From Kiritimatiellia bacterium (lineage in GTDB: Bacteria; Verrucomicrobiota; Kiritimatiellia; RFP12; DVOR01), in the NCBI GenBank assembly GCA_017531445.1, contig JAFXKZ010000002.1, forward strand, positions 9,286-73,285: DNA of 64,000 nucleotides, written 5' to 3'. Every line of letters starts with the position of its first letter. Positions within the stretch are counted from its first letter, which is position 1. Positions 1 through 8,960 of the stretch are shown here, one piece after another. Made by a program: the position numbers and the translations under genes. The notes beneath the pieces are model-generated. The model was not told the origin of the DNA and did no database searches. It worked only from the letters and a program-made list of their open reading frames with translations.

Positions 1-168
1 TGTATTGAAGCACTGCCTCCGGAAAGACCTTTTGCAACGATGAAAATCGTTTCCAGTGCCGACGGATTACCGGAACACGTTGATGTGGCTCAGCCGTGGG
101 ATACGCGTATCCGTCTGCCAATTGCCGAGAATGGAGCTGCATTGGTGCGGCTATTCCCGGAGTGGTAA
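1..168 (+). CDS. 3' end of an unidentified CDS entering from the left edge
   Basis: Frame 1 is open from base 1 to TAA at 166-168 (...LPIAENGAALVRLFPEW*). It is convergent with the next gene. No motif recognised. Confidence 0.3.
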   Translation, partial: CIEALPPERPFATMKIVSSADGLPEHVDVAQPWDTRIRLPIAENGAALVRLFPEW

Positions 169-221
169 TCGTAAATAGAAACAATTGCTACTGTTGAAAC
201 AGCGTGGCGGTGACGGCGCTG

Positions 222-1472
222 TCAGTGGTCTTCGTCTTTAACTGTGCTCAAGAGGGAAGAGGCAGAACAGAGCAGTAATCCCGGTATTACGAGCCGTAAA
301 CAGAATAGTATTATGATCGAAAGCGGAAGTGCTTCGCCGGAAAGCAGGTGGTGAAGCGGATTGAGTTCTGCAAGATCTGTAAAGGGGTGGGCGAGCGTTT
401 CCGAGATAAATGTGCTGACTTTTGCCCAAAAGGATGAGACGCTGTCGACTGCGGAAATCGAGGGTGATAAGATTGAAATGCTACAGGCTAAAAGCGTGAG
501 GACGCCGGTAAAGAGTGTCACCGGCAACGAGAAAGAACAGCCAAGTGAAACGCCCAGCGCGGAGGTAAGCGCGAGCGATAAAACCAAAATAAAGGTAAAT
601 CGCGCGAGATTGCAGAGTGCCGGGATGCCGGGAAGCAAGAGATGAAGATCGTGATAGGCTTGAAAAATGACGCTGGCGGCTTCATTTTGATCAAGGCGAT
701 GCAGGGTTAGTTGAAGCGTTTTCCCCGGAAGAAGATGCGATTGCGGGAGTTCAAGCGTAAACCCCGTGTCGAACAGGCGATTGGGAATCAGGCGAATGAC
801 AGGTAACGTTTCACAGGAAACATCAATTGCAAGGTGAAGTGCGTCCTTTGCACCCAGGAAAGGTGCTCCGGAGAGGCGGAAATGCGCGGTTGGCGCATCG
901 GGCAATTCCGCGGGTAAAGTAAATGTATAGGAGAGTGGAGTGCCGGGACGTAATTCTGTATAGCGCATCTCCAAGTCTTCTTGAACGGCGCGCAGAAGTC
1001 GGCTTTCCGGGATGTTTTCGGGGACGCGTCCGAGCGAATGCAATCGGGCCAATTCGTCGGCGGCTGCGTGAGAGATGTCCGGTAAGTTCGGGGCACAGCG
1101 CGTGCGGCCTTCGGGAAGATTCCGAAAGACCGTAAGGCCGCAACCGAGCACCGCCGCACAGGAAAAGGGGAGCCATACCGCCAGCCAACGCCCCCACCAG
1201 AGTCCAAACCGATGGATAGGTTTGGAGAACACAAGGGCCAAACGATGACGTTCGCGATCCAACGCATACGCTGTGCCGCCGCACCAGAGAGAGGAGAGCA
1301 GCAGAAATGCCCAAAAGAGTCCGAGCCCATAGCCGGTGTAAATAAGCTCAGGGTCGGAGCGACCGGGGAGAAGCACGAGACAAAGTAGAGCCACAATAAG
1401 GAGCGCACAGAGCAGAGGGCCGCGCGTTGCCCGATGCCATCCGAGGGTGATTTCGGCGAAAAGTTTTTTCAT
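222..1472 (-). CDS. polytopic membrane protein, probable accessory or permease component of the adjacent ABC transporter
   Basis: ORF 222..1490. Hydrophobic N- and C-terminal blocks flank a soluble central region. The preferred start ATG 1472 (MKKLFAEI) forms an ATGA overlap with the stop of the ABC ATPase gene. Confidence 0.55.
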   Translation of the reverse strand: MKKLFAEITLGWHRATRGPLLCALLIVALLCLVLLPGRSDPELIYTGYGLGLFWAFLLLSSLWCGGTAYALDRERHRLALVFSKPIHRFGLWWGRWLAVWLPFSCAAVLGCGLTVFRNLPEGRTRCAPNLPDISHAAADELARLHSLGRVPENIPESRLLRAVQEDLEMRYTELRPGTPLSYTFTLPAELPDAPTAHFRLSGAPFLGAKDALHLAIDVSCETLPVIRLIPNRLFDTGFTLELPQSHLLPGKTLQLTLHRLDQNEAASVIFQAYHDLHLLLPGIPALCNLARFTFILVLSLALTSALGVSLGCSFSLPVTLFTGVLTLLACSISILSPSISAVDSVSSFWAKVSTFISETLAHPFTDLAELNPLHHLLSGEALPLSIIILFCLRLVIPGLLLCSASSLLSTVKDEDH

Positions 1473-2254
1473 TGTGCGTGCCCCAACCATGGTAAACCGC
1501 CAGCGTTTTCCAATGGAGAAGGCAGGTTTTCAGCCGCGATCGCATCCAGGAAAAATTGCTCCAGCGACCCTTTGAGGTCGTGGATATTACCGTAGGCGCG
1601 TGTTTCACCACGCTCAAGAATAAGCACTTTGTCGGCACACTCTTGGACATCTCCCAATAAGTGGGAACTCATCAAAACCGCGATACCGCGTTCGCGCAAG
1701 GCTAAAATCAGATCCTTTACTTCACGTGTTCCGACAGGATCAAGCCCGGAGGTGGGTTCGTCCAGGATGAGCAGTTGAGGCGCATTCAAAAGTGCTTGTG
1801 CCAGACCGACGCGCCGTGTCATTCCCTTTGAAAAGGCACTGACGCGTCGATGCTCCGCGTATTGAAGTCCAACGAGACGCAAGAGATCGTCGATGCGTGC
1901 TTCCAATTGGCCTCCGGAAAGACCGGAAAGCCTTCCGTAATACCGCAATGTTTCGCGAGGCGTGAGGAATGGATGCAGATAGGTGATCTCCGGAAGATAG
2001 CCCACCGATTGGCGGGCATCCGTGGAAGAGGGCGGCTGATTGAAAATACGAATGTTGCCGCTGTCGGCTTTCAGTAAGCCCAGAATCATACGGATGGTGG
2101 TGCTTTTGCCGGATCCATTGGGGCCGAGTAAGCCGAAGACTTCGCCGGGTTGGATTGAAAAACTGAGCGTTTTGACAGCGGAAACAGTCGGTCTTCCCCA
2201 GAAGTCCCGGAATGTTTTACTGACGGCATCAACCTCAAGAAGCGTCATTTCCAT
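1469..2254 (-). CDS. ABC transporter ATP-binding protein
   Basis: Walker A GPNGSGKST, signature-like FSKGMTRRV, Walker B LLILDEPTSGLD and H-loop SSHLL. Abuts the upstream permease gene with no gap. Confidence 0.9.
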   Translation of the reverse strand: MEMTLLEVDAVSKTFRDFWGRPTVSAVKTLSFSIQPGEVFGLLGPNGSGKSTTIRMILGLLKADSGNIRIFNQPPSSTDARQSVGYLPEITYLHPFLTPRETLRYYGRLSGLSGGQLEARIDDLLRLVGLQYAEHRRVSAFSKGMTRRVGLAQALLNAPQLLILDEPTSGLDPVGTREVKDLILALRERGIAVLMSSHLLGDVQECADKVLILERGETRAYGNIHDLKGSLEQFFLDAIAAENLPSPLENAGGLPWLGHAQ

Positions 2255-3130
2255 CTAGACTGCCTCCCTTCTGGAAAGTAATTGAATGCCCATCCAGGTG
2301 AACAAAAGGAATTCTGCAATGGACTGCGGAAGTAAAAGAAGAATGATTCTTGCAGAAACTGTGCCGCCATAAGCAAGCGTATCGAGTGGGAGATATGCGG
2401 CACCATGCGCGAGAATGAGGGTTGCGCCGGTGAAGAAAAAAGTTAGGCAAACCATAAGCCCCGGAGGAGAAATGAGGGCGAACATTCCGGCAAGTGCGAG
2501 CACCTGTATCAAGAACAGGGCGATGGTTATGAGGAGCGAGAGGCTGCCCCAATGGAGTTGCTTCGGGAAGAGTGGGGTAATCCATAGCAACAATGGAAGT
2601 GAAAGTGCTGCGGTTAGTGTGAAGCGGCATCCGCGCAGTCGATGATTCAGTGCCCCGAAAACGAGAGCTGCAATTGGGAAGAGGAGGGCATAGAAGAGAC
2701 TGTGAAGATCTGCATATGAGCCCGAAGTGTGATAGCGAGGTGAGCACGCTTCGGCAGTAAGAATCGCAGCACCCATTGTAAGAAGAAACCAAAAAAGGGT
2801 GAGGATTGTGCCGCCAAGATGTCCGCAAAACCAGACGCCTCGGCTCAAAGGTTTGGTCAGTGCAATGGCGGCAGTGCCGTTCTTGAGCGTACGATGAAGG
2901 CTTGCCATGCAACCGCAAATAAGGAATATTCCGAAGAGAAATGTGGTTGCCAGTCCGCAATCACGTGCGAGGCGACCGTCTTCAGAGAAGCGCTGGAATT
3001 GGAAAAGGGGAAGAAGCATTGTCCCGATGGTGGCCGTTAAAGTAAGCAACAAGACAGCAGGTGTGCCGAGATGTTCCAGTGCAGAGAAGCGGGCGATGGC
3101 AATAAGTTGTTTCAGTGTCTTAAGGCACAT
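2255..3130 (-). CDS. ABC-2-type transporter permease (multi-TM)
   Basis: ORF 2255..3244 is strongly hydrophobic throughout. The start was moved to ATG 3130 (MCLKTLKQ), which lies 4 nt past the murA stop. The longer ORF would overlap murA by 110 nt. Confidence 0.6.
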   Translation of the reverse strand: MCLKTLKQLIAIARFSALEHLGTPAVLLLTLTATIGTMLLPLFQFQRFSEDGRLARDCGLATTFLFGIFLICGCMASLHRTLKNGTAAIALTKPLSRGVWFCGHLGGTILTLFWFLLTMGAAILTAEACSPRYHTSGSYADLHSLFYALLFPIAALVFGALNHRLRGCRFTLTAALSLPLLLWITPLFPKQLHWGSLSLLITIALFLIQVLALAGMFALISPPGLMVCLTFFFTGATLILAHGAAYLPLDTLAYGGTVSARIILLLLPQSIAEFLLFTWMGIQLLSRREAV

Positions 3131-3134
3131 GGAA

Positions 3135-4439
3135 TCAGGGCTCCCGTGTGATTCGTGCGCCGAGAGCCTGAAGATTTTGCTCAACGTTTTCGTAACCGCG
3201 ATCGATTGACTCGGCGTTATGAATAATAGTCTTCCCTTTTGCACACAGTGCTGCGATAATGAGTGCGATCCCAGCGCGGATATCCGGACTGGAGACTACA
3301 CCGCCATGCAATTTGGTCGGGCCGGTAATGACAGCGCGGTGCGGGTCGCATTGAACGATTCGTGCACCCATTCCGATGAGATGATCGACAAAATAGAGCC
3401 GGCTTTCAAACATTTTTTCAAAGAAGAGTTCTGTGCCACGCGTTTGGGTAGCGAGGACAATCAGAACGCTGAGCAGGTCGGATGGCGTCATTGGCCAAGG
3501 ACCATCTTCAATTTTCGGGATGGCTTTGCCGAGGTCGTAGGATGTGCGCAACGTTTGATTTGGAGGAAGATAAAGCGAACGTTTGGTGGCATTTGTTTTC
3601 CATGTCACGCCAAATTTCTTGAAAACGGGCAGTAAAATGTCCATTTCTTCCTTCTCTACGCCATGAAGTGTCAAGGACCCTTTGGTGACAAGTGCTGCGA
3701 CAATATAACTGGCTGCTTCAATGGTATCGCCGCCAACCCGGAATGTTCCTCCGGAGAGTTGTTGAACCCCATGGATGAGAAGGCGGTTTGTGCCGATACC
3801 TTCAATCCGTGCGCCCATCGTGTTTAGCATATGGCAAAGATTTTGTACGTGCGGTTCGCAAGCGACGTTGTAGAGTGTTGTTATCCCTTCTGCCCGAACA
3901 GCGGCCATGACAAGGTTCTCTGTCGCCATTACCGAGCACTCGTCCAAAACAAAGTCTATCCCGTGCAACGATCCGTTTTTGCACTCCAACGTGATGGCAC
4001 CGGAGGGCTTAAAGCGCGTTACAACACCCATTTCGCGGAAACCGTTAACGTGCGTATCCAACCTTCTGCGCCCGATACTGTCGCCACCGGGTGCCCCTCC
4101 CAGAAGAATTTTTCCACAACGTGCCAGACAGGGGCCGGCAAAGAGAAACGAAGTGCGGATGCAGGTGCAGGTTTTGGAAGGGACGAAGGCCGGAAGATTG
4201 AGTGTGCGTGCGTCAATCGTTACACGATGTTCTTGCGGAGAACCTTCCACCGTTGCCCCCAACGCTTTCAAGCCGTCAATCATCCGATGGACGTCAATAA
4301 TATCGGGCACGTTTTCCAGTGTGACAGGCGCATCTGCCAGAAGGGTCGCGGCGAGCATTGGCAATGCGGCATTTTTGTTTCCGGGCACTTGATGAATGCC
4401 GGAGATGGGGTTGCCGCCGTGAATGATGAATCTTGACAT
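3135..4439 (-). CDS. murA: UDP-N-acetylglucosamine 1-carboxyvinyltransferase
   Basis: 434 aa. The N-terminus MSRFIIHGGNPISG..VPGNKNAALPMLAATLLA and the overall length are typical of MurA. Confidence 0.92.
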   Translation of the reverse strand: MSRFIIHGGNPISGIHQVPGNKNAALPMLAATLLADAPVTLENVPDIIDVHRMIDGLKALGATVEGSPQEHRVTIDARTLNLPAFVPSKTCTCIRTSFLFAGPCLARCGKILLGGAPGGDSIGRRRLDTHVNGFREMGVVTRFKPSGAITLECKNGSLHGIDFVLDECSVMATENLVMAAVRAEGITTLYNVACEPHVQNLCHMLNTMGARIEGIGTNRLLIHGVQQLSGGTFRVGGDTIEAASYIVAALVTKGSLTLHGVEKEEMDILLPVFKKFGVTWKTNATKRSLYLPPNQTLRTSYDLGKAIPKIEDGPWPMTPSDLLSVLIVLATQTRGTELFFEKMFESRLYFVDHLIGMGARIVQCDPHRAVITGPTKLHGGVVSSPDIRAGIALIIAALCAKGKTIIHNAESIDRGYENVEQNLQALGARITREP

Positions 4440-4458
4440 GGGGTTTCCGTAGATGCAA

Positions 4459-5286
4459 TCAGTTTTTTGCGTGGAGACGCACTTGAATAAGCTTCAAGGC
4501 CGTCCAGTTTTCTTGCTTCAAAGGATGGGCGAGCGGTTCATCAAGCAATAGAATCCGCATGGGGTGATAGAGTTTGATCGCGGGGATTTTCCCGGCGAAG
4601 AGGTGCCATTGTCCCACTTTTCCGGTGGCGGCGATACTTCCGGGCAGGGTGGCTTTTGCTGCGATGTCGCCGAGCATGACGATAATTTCCGGTTGGACAA
4701 GTTGGATCTCGCGATGCAAGTGCTTTGCGCAATTGTTGAGCTCTCCGCTTCCCGGCCGCCCGGAAACAGGGCATTTCAGCGCGGAAGTGATGTAGAGATC
4801 GGCTTCTGTGAGGTGGATGGCGGCAAACATTTTGCGTAAGAGTTCGCCGGCCTCGCCTTCAAGACGGGAACCGATCGCTGTGGTAGTTTCACCGGGGAGA
4901 CACGCACCATTGACGACAAGAATCCGCGGATTGTAGGTGCAGCCATAGCCGACAAAGCGCGAAGTCGCCGCATATTGACAATTGTGGCAGGCTTGAATCG
5001 TCTTGTAAAGTTCCCGATGGGCTTCTGTACGTATTTCCGGCGTGTCGCCATGGGTGTCGTGATTGCCCCGGAGTGCTTGCGAGGGCGGGGGAAGTTCGGG
5101 CATCGGCGTGAGCGGCTTGGGTGTGGATGCCGCCGGGAGAGGGGCGGAAGGCGTGATGAAGGCTTTCCAGATTTCCGGTGAAACGGCTACGGATTTTGTG
5201 CCGTCCTCCTGAAGATAGGTGAGCGCGTCAATGGCAGAATCAATCGCTTGAACGATTGGATGTTCCGAGAAATCAGACTCCGGCAT
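4459..5286 (-). CDS. uracil-DNA glycosylase, family 4 (Fe-S type) with a Pro/Ala-rich N-terminal extension
   Basis: CHNC...C cluster cysteines, LYITSALKC, and a C-terminal LYHPMRIL resembling the HPxxxL motif of family-4 UDGs. Confidence 0.75.
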   Translation of the reverse strand: MPESDFSEHPIVQAIDSAIDALTYLQEDGTKSVAVSPEIWKAFITPSAPLPAASTPKPLTPMPELPPPSQALRGNHDTHGDTPEIRTEAHRELYKTIQACHNCQYAATSRFVGYGCTYNPRILVVNGACLPGETTTAIGSRLEGEAGELLRKMFAAIHLTEADLYITSALKCPVSGRPGSGELNNCAKHLHREIQLVQPEIIVMLGDIAAKATLPGSIAATGKVGQWHLFAGKIPAIKLYHPMRILLLDEPLAHPLKQENWTALKLIQVRLHAKN

Positions 5287-6001
5287 AGCTGTGCATTCCC
5301 AGGAAGAGTTTGGATAGGTTGATCCATGTTACGGTCAACAGAATGAAGAGCACGCCAAGGGCAAGAAGTGAAAAACGCCAGGCGCGGCGATGTAAGACAT
5401 GGAAAAACGCAGCATAAATCAACCATGTCGCGAGCGACCATTGTTCTTTTGGATCCCATTGCCAGTAGGCACCCCATGCTTCATTTCCCCAATAAGAGCC
5501 AAGCGCAAGGGCCAAAGTAAGAAAGGCAAAGCCCCATGCTGCGTTTTCTCCGGCCGCACGTGTATGGCGCAGACATTCCAAAGTAAATGCCCGGGCAAGC
5601 AAAACATAGGCAATCATGTAGCCCAATACGTGGGGGACAAAGAGCGCACTTTGCAACACCGGCGGCAGTTGCCCCGGTGCGGCATCAAAGACAAAGGCGA
5701 GTGGAAATGCCACAATAAAGCCGAGTGTCGCATCCAATCGCGAAGTGTCGTGCCGATCACGCCAGAGGGAAATCAACGTCATGCATCCTAAAAGAAGCGG
5801 CAGCCAGAGGAATGCCTCAAAGAGGTTGCGCATCGGCGGATGTGCTACAGTTATCCAGCGCAGACAAAGAATGGTGAGTGCCAGGGGGATAATGGTGAGC
5901 CAGCACCATTTGCGGAATGCCTTCGGTAAAAAAAGCGTGCCCAGCGACAGGATAACCTGCGAGGTCAGCAACCATCCGAGGAAATCGGTCTTTAATGTCA
6001 T
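5273..6001 (-). CDS. ccsA: cytochrome c biogenesis protein CcsA (system II haem handling)
   Basis: Trp-rich motif WGNEAWGAYWQWDPKEQWS in a polytopic protein. Start ATG 6001 (MTLKTDF) forms an ATGA overlap with the upstream ResB-like gene. Confidence 0.8.
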   Translation of the reverse strand: MTLKTDFLGWLLTSQVILSLGTLFLPKAFRKWCWLTIIPLALTILCLRWITVAHPPMRNLFEAFLWLPLLLGCMTLISLWRDRHDTSRLDATLGFIVAFPLAFVFDAAPGQLPPVLQSALFVPHVLGYMIAYVLLARAFTLECLRHTRAAGENAAWGFAFLTLALALGSYWGNEAWGAYWQWDPKEQWSLATWLIYAAFFHVLHRRAWRFSLLALGVLFILLTVTWINLSKLFLGMHSYAGV

Positions 6002-6678
6002 GCCATGCACTCCTGCTGTTGTGCACGATGGCGACGGAATGTCTCGCGGATGGCCATTGCAAAGGCCGCAAGAATGAGTGTTGCATACCCGCAAAAGGTG
6101 ATAGTGGCACCCGGATCTTTACGCACGGTCAGGATGGTATTCAGGAGCGGTTCACCGTAATCGCCGACGACTTGCTGATAAGACATCTGATAGTATGTCC
6201 ATCCTTTTCGGCGCAACGGTGCATTGACCTTTACCGTGCGAAGCCCTTCGGGAAAGGCCAGACGGGTGATGTATTGGCGGGGCATTCCATTGGGATAAGT
6301 AGGTATCTCAAAAGAATGCAATGCCACCCGGTCGCCGTCAATCAGGCACTGCCGATATTCAATTGGGGCGTAGAGAGCATCGGTAAAGACGATGTGCCCC
6401 TCTTTGGCATGGCTGGCCGTAAGCCCGCCACCGATGAGAATCAGTGCAGCTCCCAAATGGAAAAATGTGCTCAGCCATCTTTTTTTGAAGAGTGCTTGGA
6501 TGCCTGTCGCCGTCAGAACGAGAAGGAATATCAGGAGGATGGCATTGGTCCAAGCACCTGCCAGGTACGGACGCGTACCCGGAAATGCAAAAACGATTGC
6601 AGCTGCACTGAAAAAAAGCAACCCCATCGTTGCCAGAAGCCTGCGGGTTGATTCGGAAAGGAAAGGGAAACGTTTCAT
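5998..6678 (-). CDS. short ResB/CcsB-like membrane protein
   Basis: TM-soluble-TM layout directly upstream of, and translationally coupled to, ccsA. Start chosen at ATG 6678 (MKRFPFL); the ORF extends to 6759. Much shorter than canonical ResB. Confidence 0.45.
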   Translation of the reverse strand: MKRFPFLSESTRRLLATMGLLFFSAAAIVFAFPGTRPYLAGAWTNAILLIFLLVLTATGIQALFKKRWLSTFFHLGAALILIGGGLTASHAKEGHIVFTDALYAPIEYRQCLIDGDRVALHSFEIPTYPNGMPRQYITRLAFPEGLRTVKVNAPLRRKGWTYYQMSYQQVVGDYGEPLLNTILTVRKDPGATITFCGYATLILAAFAMAIRETFRRHRAQQQECMA

Positions 6679-6859
6679 TACCATAACAGTATAGCAAATA
6701 CCTTCATGTGCGTGAGAGAAGAAAGGCGATTCCGGAGATTTTTGTATTGCCCATTGCATCTGTCATTTCGTATGTGTAATGGCGACCATTCTTGAAGGTT
6801 CGCAACAGCAGGGAGCGTTTCAGGCGGGTAAAGAGACCCGTGCGGCGAGGGGGCGGCGC

Positions 6860-6941
6860 AACATCGCCGATACTGCTGCGTGATATCGGCGAAATTGCGC
6901 TTGAATATCGCCGATGTTGCAGGGGTAATGTCGCCGATGTT
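6860..6941. repeat. array A of the phased 15-bp palindrome AACATCG-N-CGATGTT (4 units)
   Basis: AACATCGCCGATACT (centre 6867), GATATCGGCGAAATT (6889), AATATCGCCGATGTT (6911), AATGTCGCCGATGTT (6934). Spacing is 22/22/23 bp. Located in a divergent intergenic region. Confidence 0.8.
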
Positions 6942-7217
6942 GTTTGGAACTTTTCGCGGCGAAACGCCAGACAGGAGGGAAACCATGGTTTTGATCGGAG
7001 CTGTCTGTCCGGAGGGGGTGGCGGCAAATACGGGATGAAACGCGTCAGGTGTAACTGCGGGGCGCGCAGACACGTAAAATTATTTTGAAAGAAATGGGAA
7101 ATAGGGTTGAAGCATCTATTTTTCTTTGTTAAACTGGTGCTGTTGTGATGAACAATGACGTTTTTGCATTGCTTGTTTGAAGCATGGATTGACGAATAAC
7201 GGATGGAGGTTTGAGTT

Positions 7218-8420
7218 ATGGCAACGAAAAAAACTGCACCTGCTGGAAGTGCGCCAAAGAAAGACGCCAAAAAGGTGACTGCTGGTGCCGCGAAGAAGCG
7301 CGCGGCTGTCAAGGTTTCTGCCAAGGCGTCCGCTGTGAAAACGTCAAAGCCGACCTCAACTTCTGTTAAAAAAACGGCGGCAACAAAAGTCGAGCCTGTT
7401 AAGAAGCCCGCGGCAAAAGCCGCCGCTCCGGCAAAGAAGCCTGTTGCAAAGAAGGCAGCTCCTGCGCAGAAACCGGCTTCAAAGGCATCTGCTCCGGTGA
7501 AGAAGCCTGCTGAAAAGAAGGTCGCACCAGTCAAAAAGCCTGTGGCAAAGACGGCTGCGCCGGCGAAGAAAACGGTCGCCAAAAAGTCGGAACCTGCCAA
7601 AAAAACGGTAGTAAAAACGGCTGCTCCGGTGAAAAAAAGCACGGCTAAAAAAGCAGAACCTGCTAAAAAAGCAACGGCACCAAAGGCGACAACAGTGAAA
7701 AAGCCTGTGGCCAAGAAAAAGGAACCTGCTAAACAACCGGCAGCGAAGAAGACCGCACCTGTAAAAAAGGCTGTGACGGTGAAGGCTGAACCTGTTAAGA
7801 AACCCGCGCCGCAAAAGGCGAGTGCGGACAAAAAGCCTGTGACGAAGAAAACGGCACCAGTGCAGGCTCCTGCTGTCAAACCTCCTAAAACGACTGCGAT
7901 GCGTCCGGCGACACTGACCCCTAAAACGACAGTAAATTCAGTGCCGGCCGCCGGTATGCGTCAGATTTCTGCGCTGAAGCCCAATTATGAAATGGTGCAT
8001 CCCAAGAGCGGCGGCCGGAAAGCTGCCGCGCAGCGTCAGCCCACGCGTACACCGTTCAAAGAGGAAGAATTGGAAGCGATCAAGCAGCTTTTGCTCGATG
8101 AACGTGCAGAAAAGTTGAAACTCCAGAGCGTCATGTCCAATGATGCGCTGAGCCGTCCGGACGAAGAAAACGTTGAAGAAGACGGTTCCAACTCTGCCAA
8201 TCGTGCCGATATGTTGGCACGTGCCGAAGAAACACGCAAGCGTTTGCGCGCAATTGATGATGCACTTCGGGCAATTGAAAACAAGACTTACGGCATCTGT
8301 TCTGTTTGTAAATGCGCGATTTCGCGTGAACGCTTGAAAGCTGCGCCGTTCGCAATCCGTTGCGTTAAATGCAAGGCTGAGTGGGAACGTCAGATGCAAG
8401 CTTCGCGTCATAACTATTAA
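7218..8420 (+). CDS. Lys/Ala/Pro-rich histone-H1-like repeat region fused to a DksA/TraR C4 zinc-finger domain
   Basis: About 225 aa of KKPxAKK/APAKK repeats, followed by a coiled-coil region and CSVC-x17-CVKC at the C-terminus. GGAGG RBS at 7204-7208. Confidence 0.8.
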   Translation: MATKKTAPAGSAPKKDAKKVTAGAAKKRAAVKVSAKASAVKTSKPTSTSVKKTAATKVEPVKKPAAKAAAPAKKPVAKKAAPAQKPASKASAPVKKPAEKKVAPVKKPVAKTAAPAKKTVAKKSEPAKKTVVKTAAPVKKSTAKKAEPAKKATAPKATTVKKPVAKKKEPAKQPAAKKTAPVKKAVTVKAEPVKKPAPQKASADKKPVTKKTAPVQAPAVKPPKTTAMRPATLTPKTTVNSVPAAGMRQISALKPNYEMVHPKSGGRKAAAQRQPTRTPFKEEELEAIKQLLLDERAEKLKLQSVMSNDALSRPDEENVEEDGSNSANRADMLARAEETRKRLRAIDDALRAIENKTYGICSVCKCAISRERLKAAPFAIRCVKCKAEWERQMQASRHNY

Positions 8421-8452
8421 GTATTGACTCCTCCATCCGCAACATTCCCTGT

Positions 8453-8490
8453 GCGAACGCCCCGTTATGAAGGCGTTCGCGCTTTATTTT
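8453..8490 (+). terminator. rho-independent terminator of the DksA-like gene
   Basis: GCGAACGCC / GGCGTTCGC stem (8453-8461 / 8472-8480) followed by GCTTTATTTT. Confidence 0.7.
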
Positions 8491-8571
8491 AATTGCTTAA
8501 GAAGGTAATCATTCAGGTTGCAATTAGAGGGGATACGTGCAGAAGAACCATCTGGATAACAATAACAAAGG

Positions 8572-8675
8572 GGTGGAAAGCGGCCTCAAAAACGGTAAAA
8601 AAATAACCATTGTGTGTTGGAACTGGCCGCGATGGAAGGTGGGAAGCGGTCGCAAAAAACGGTAAAAAAACAACC
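8572..8675 (+). repeat. two imperfect ~37-bp direct repeats
   Basis: GGTGGAAAGCGGCCTCAAAAACGGTAAAAAAATAACC (8572-8608) versus GGTGGGAAGCGGTCGCAAAAAACGGTAAAAAAACAACC (8638-8675). Confidence 0.7.
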
Positions 8676-8892
8676 GGAATCATGTGAAAAGGACTTGTTT
8701 TAATCACGAGATGAGATTTTTTTTGCTGTTGGGCATGAAACGTCTGTTGATGTCACTTGCTGTCCGTGCGTGGCAATTGAAAAGGGGGAGGGACGCTTTT
8801 ACGGTTGGGCAGTAGCGTCACAATTCAAGGGAACTTTGGGCTGACAAGGGGGAAAGATATTTCGTTTTCGATGCTTAAATAGGTAATTTGAG

Positions 8893-8922
8893 TTGTCTAA
8901 CTATAGACGCGAGTGCTATACT
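8893..8922 (+). promoter_or_regulatory. candidate sigma70-type promoter of fba
   Basis: TTGTCT (8893-8898), 18-nt spacer, TATACT (8917-8922), about 40 nt upstream of ATG 8961. Confidence 0.35.
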
Positions 8923-8960
8923 TTAATCATACTTTTAACCATTGAAAGGAGTGATCAATC

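Noticed and set aside
6704-7879. 391-aa minus-strand ORF
   Set aside because: It is the antisense shadow of the Lys/Ala/Pro-repeat gene. The translation is low-complexity (AGFLTG/AAFF repeats). Its 3' part runs through the palindrome array and intergenic DNA, and it has no RBS or motif.
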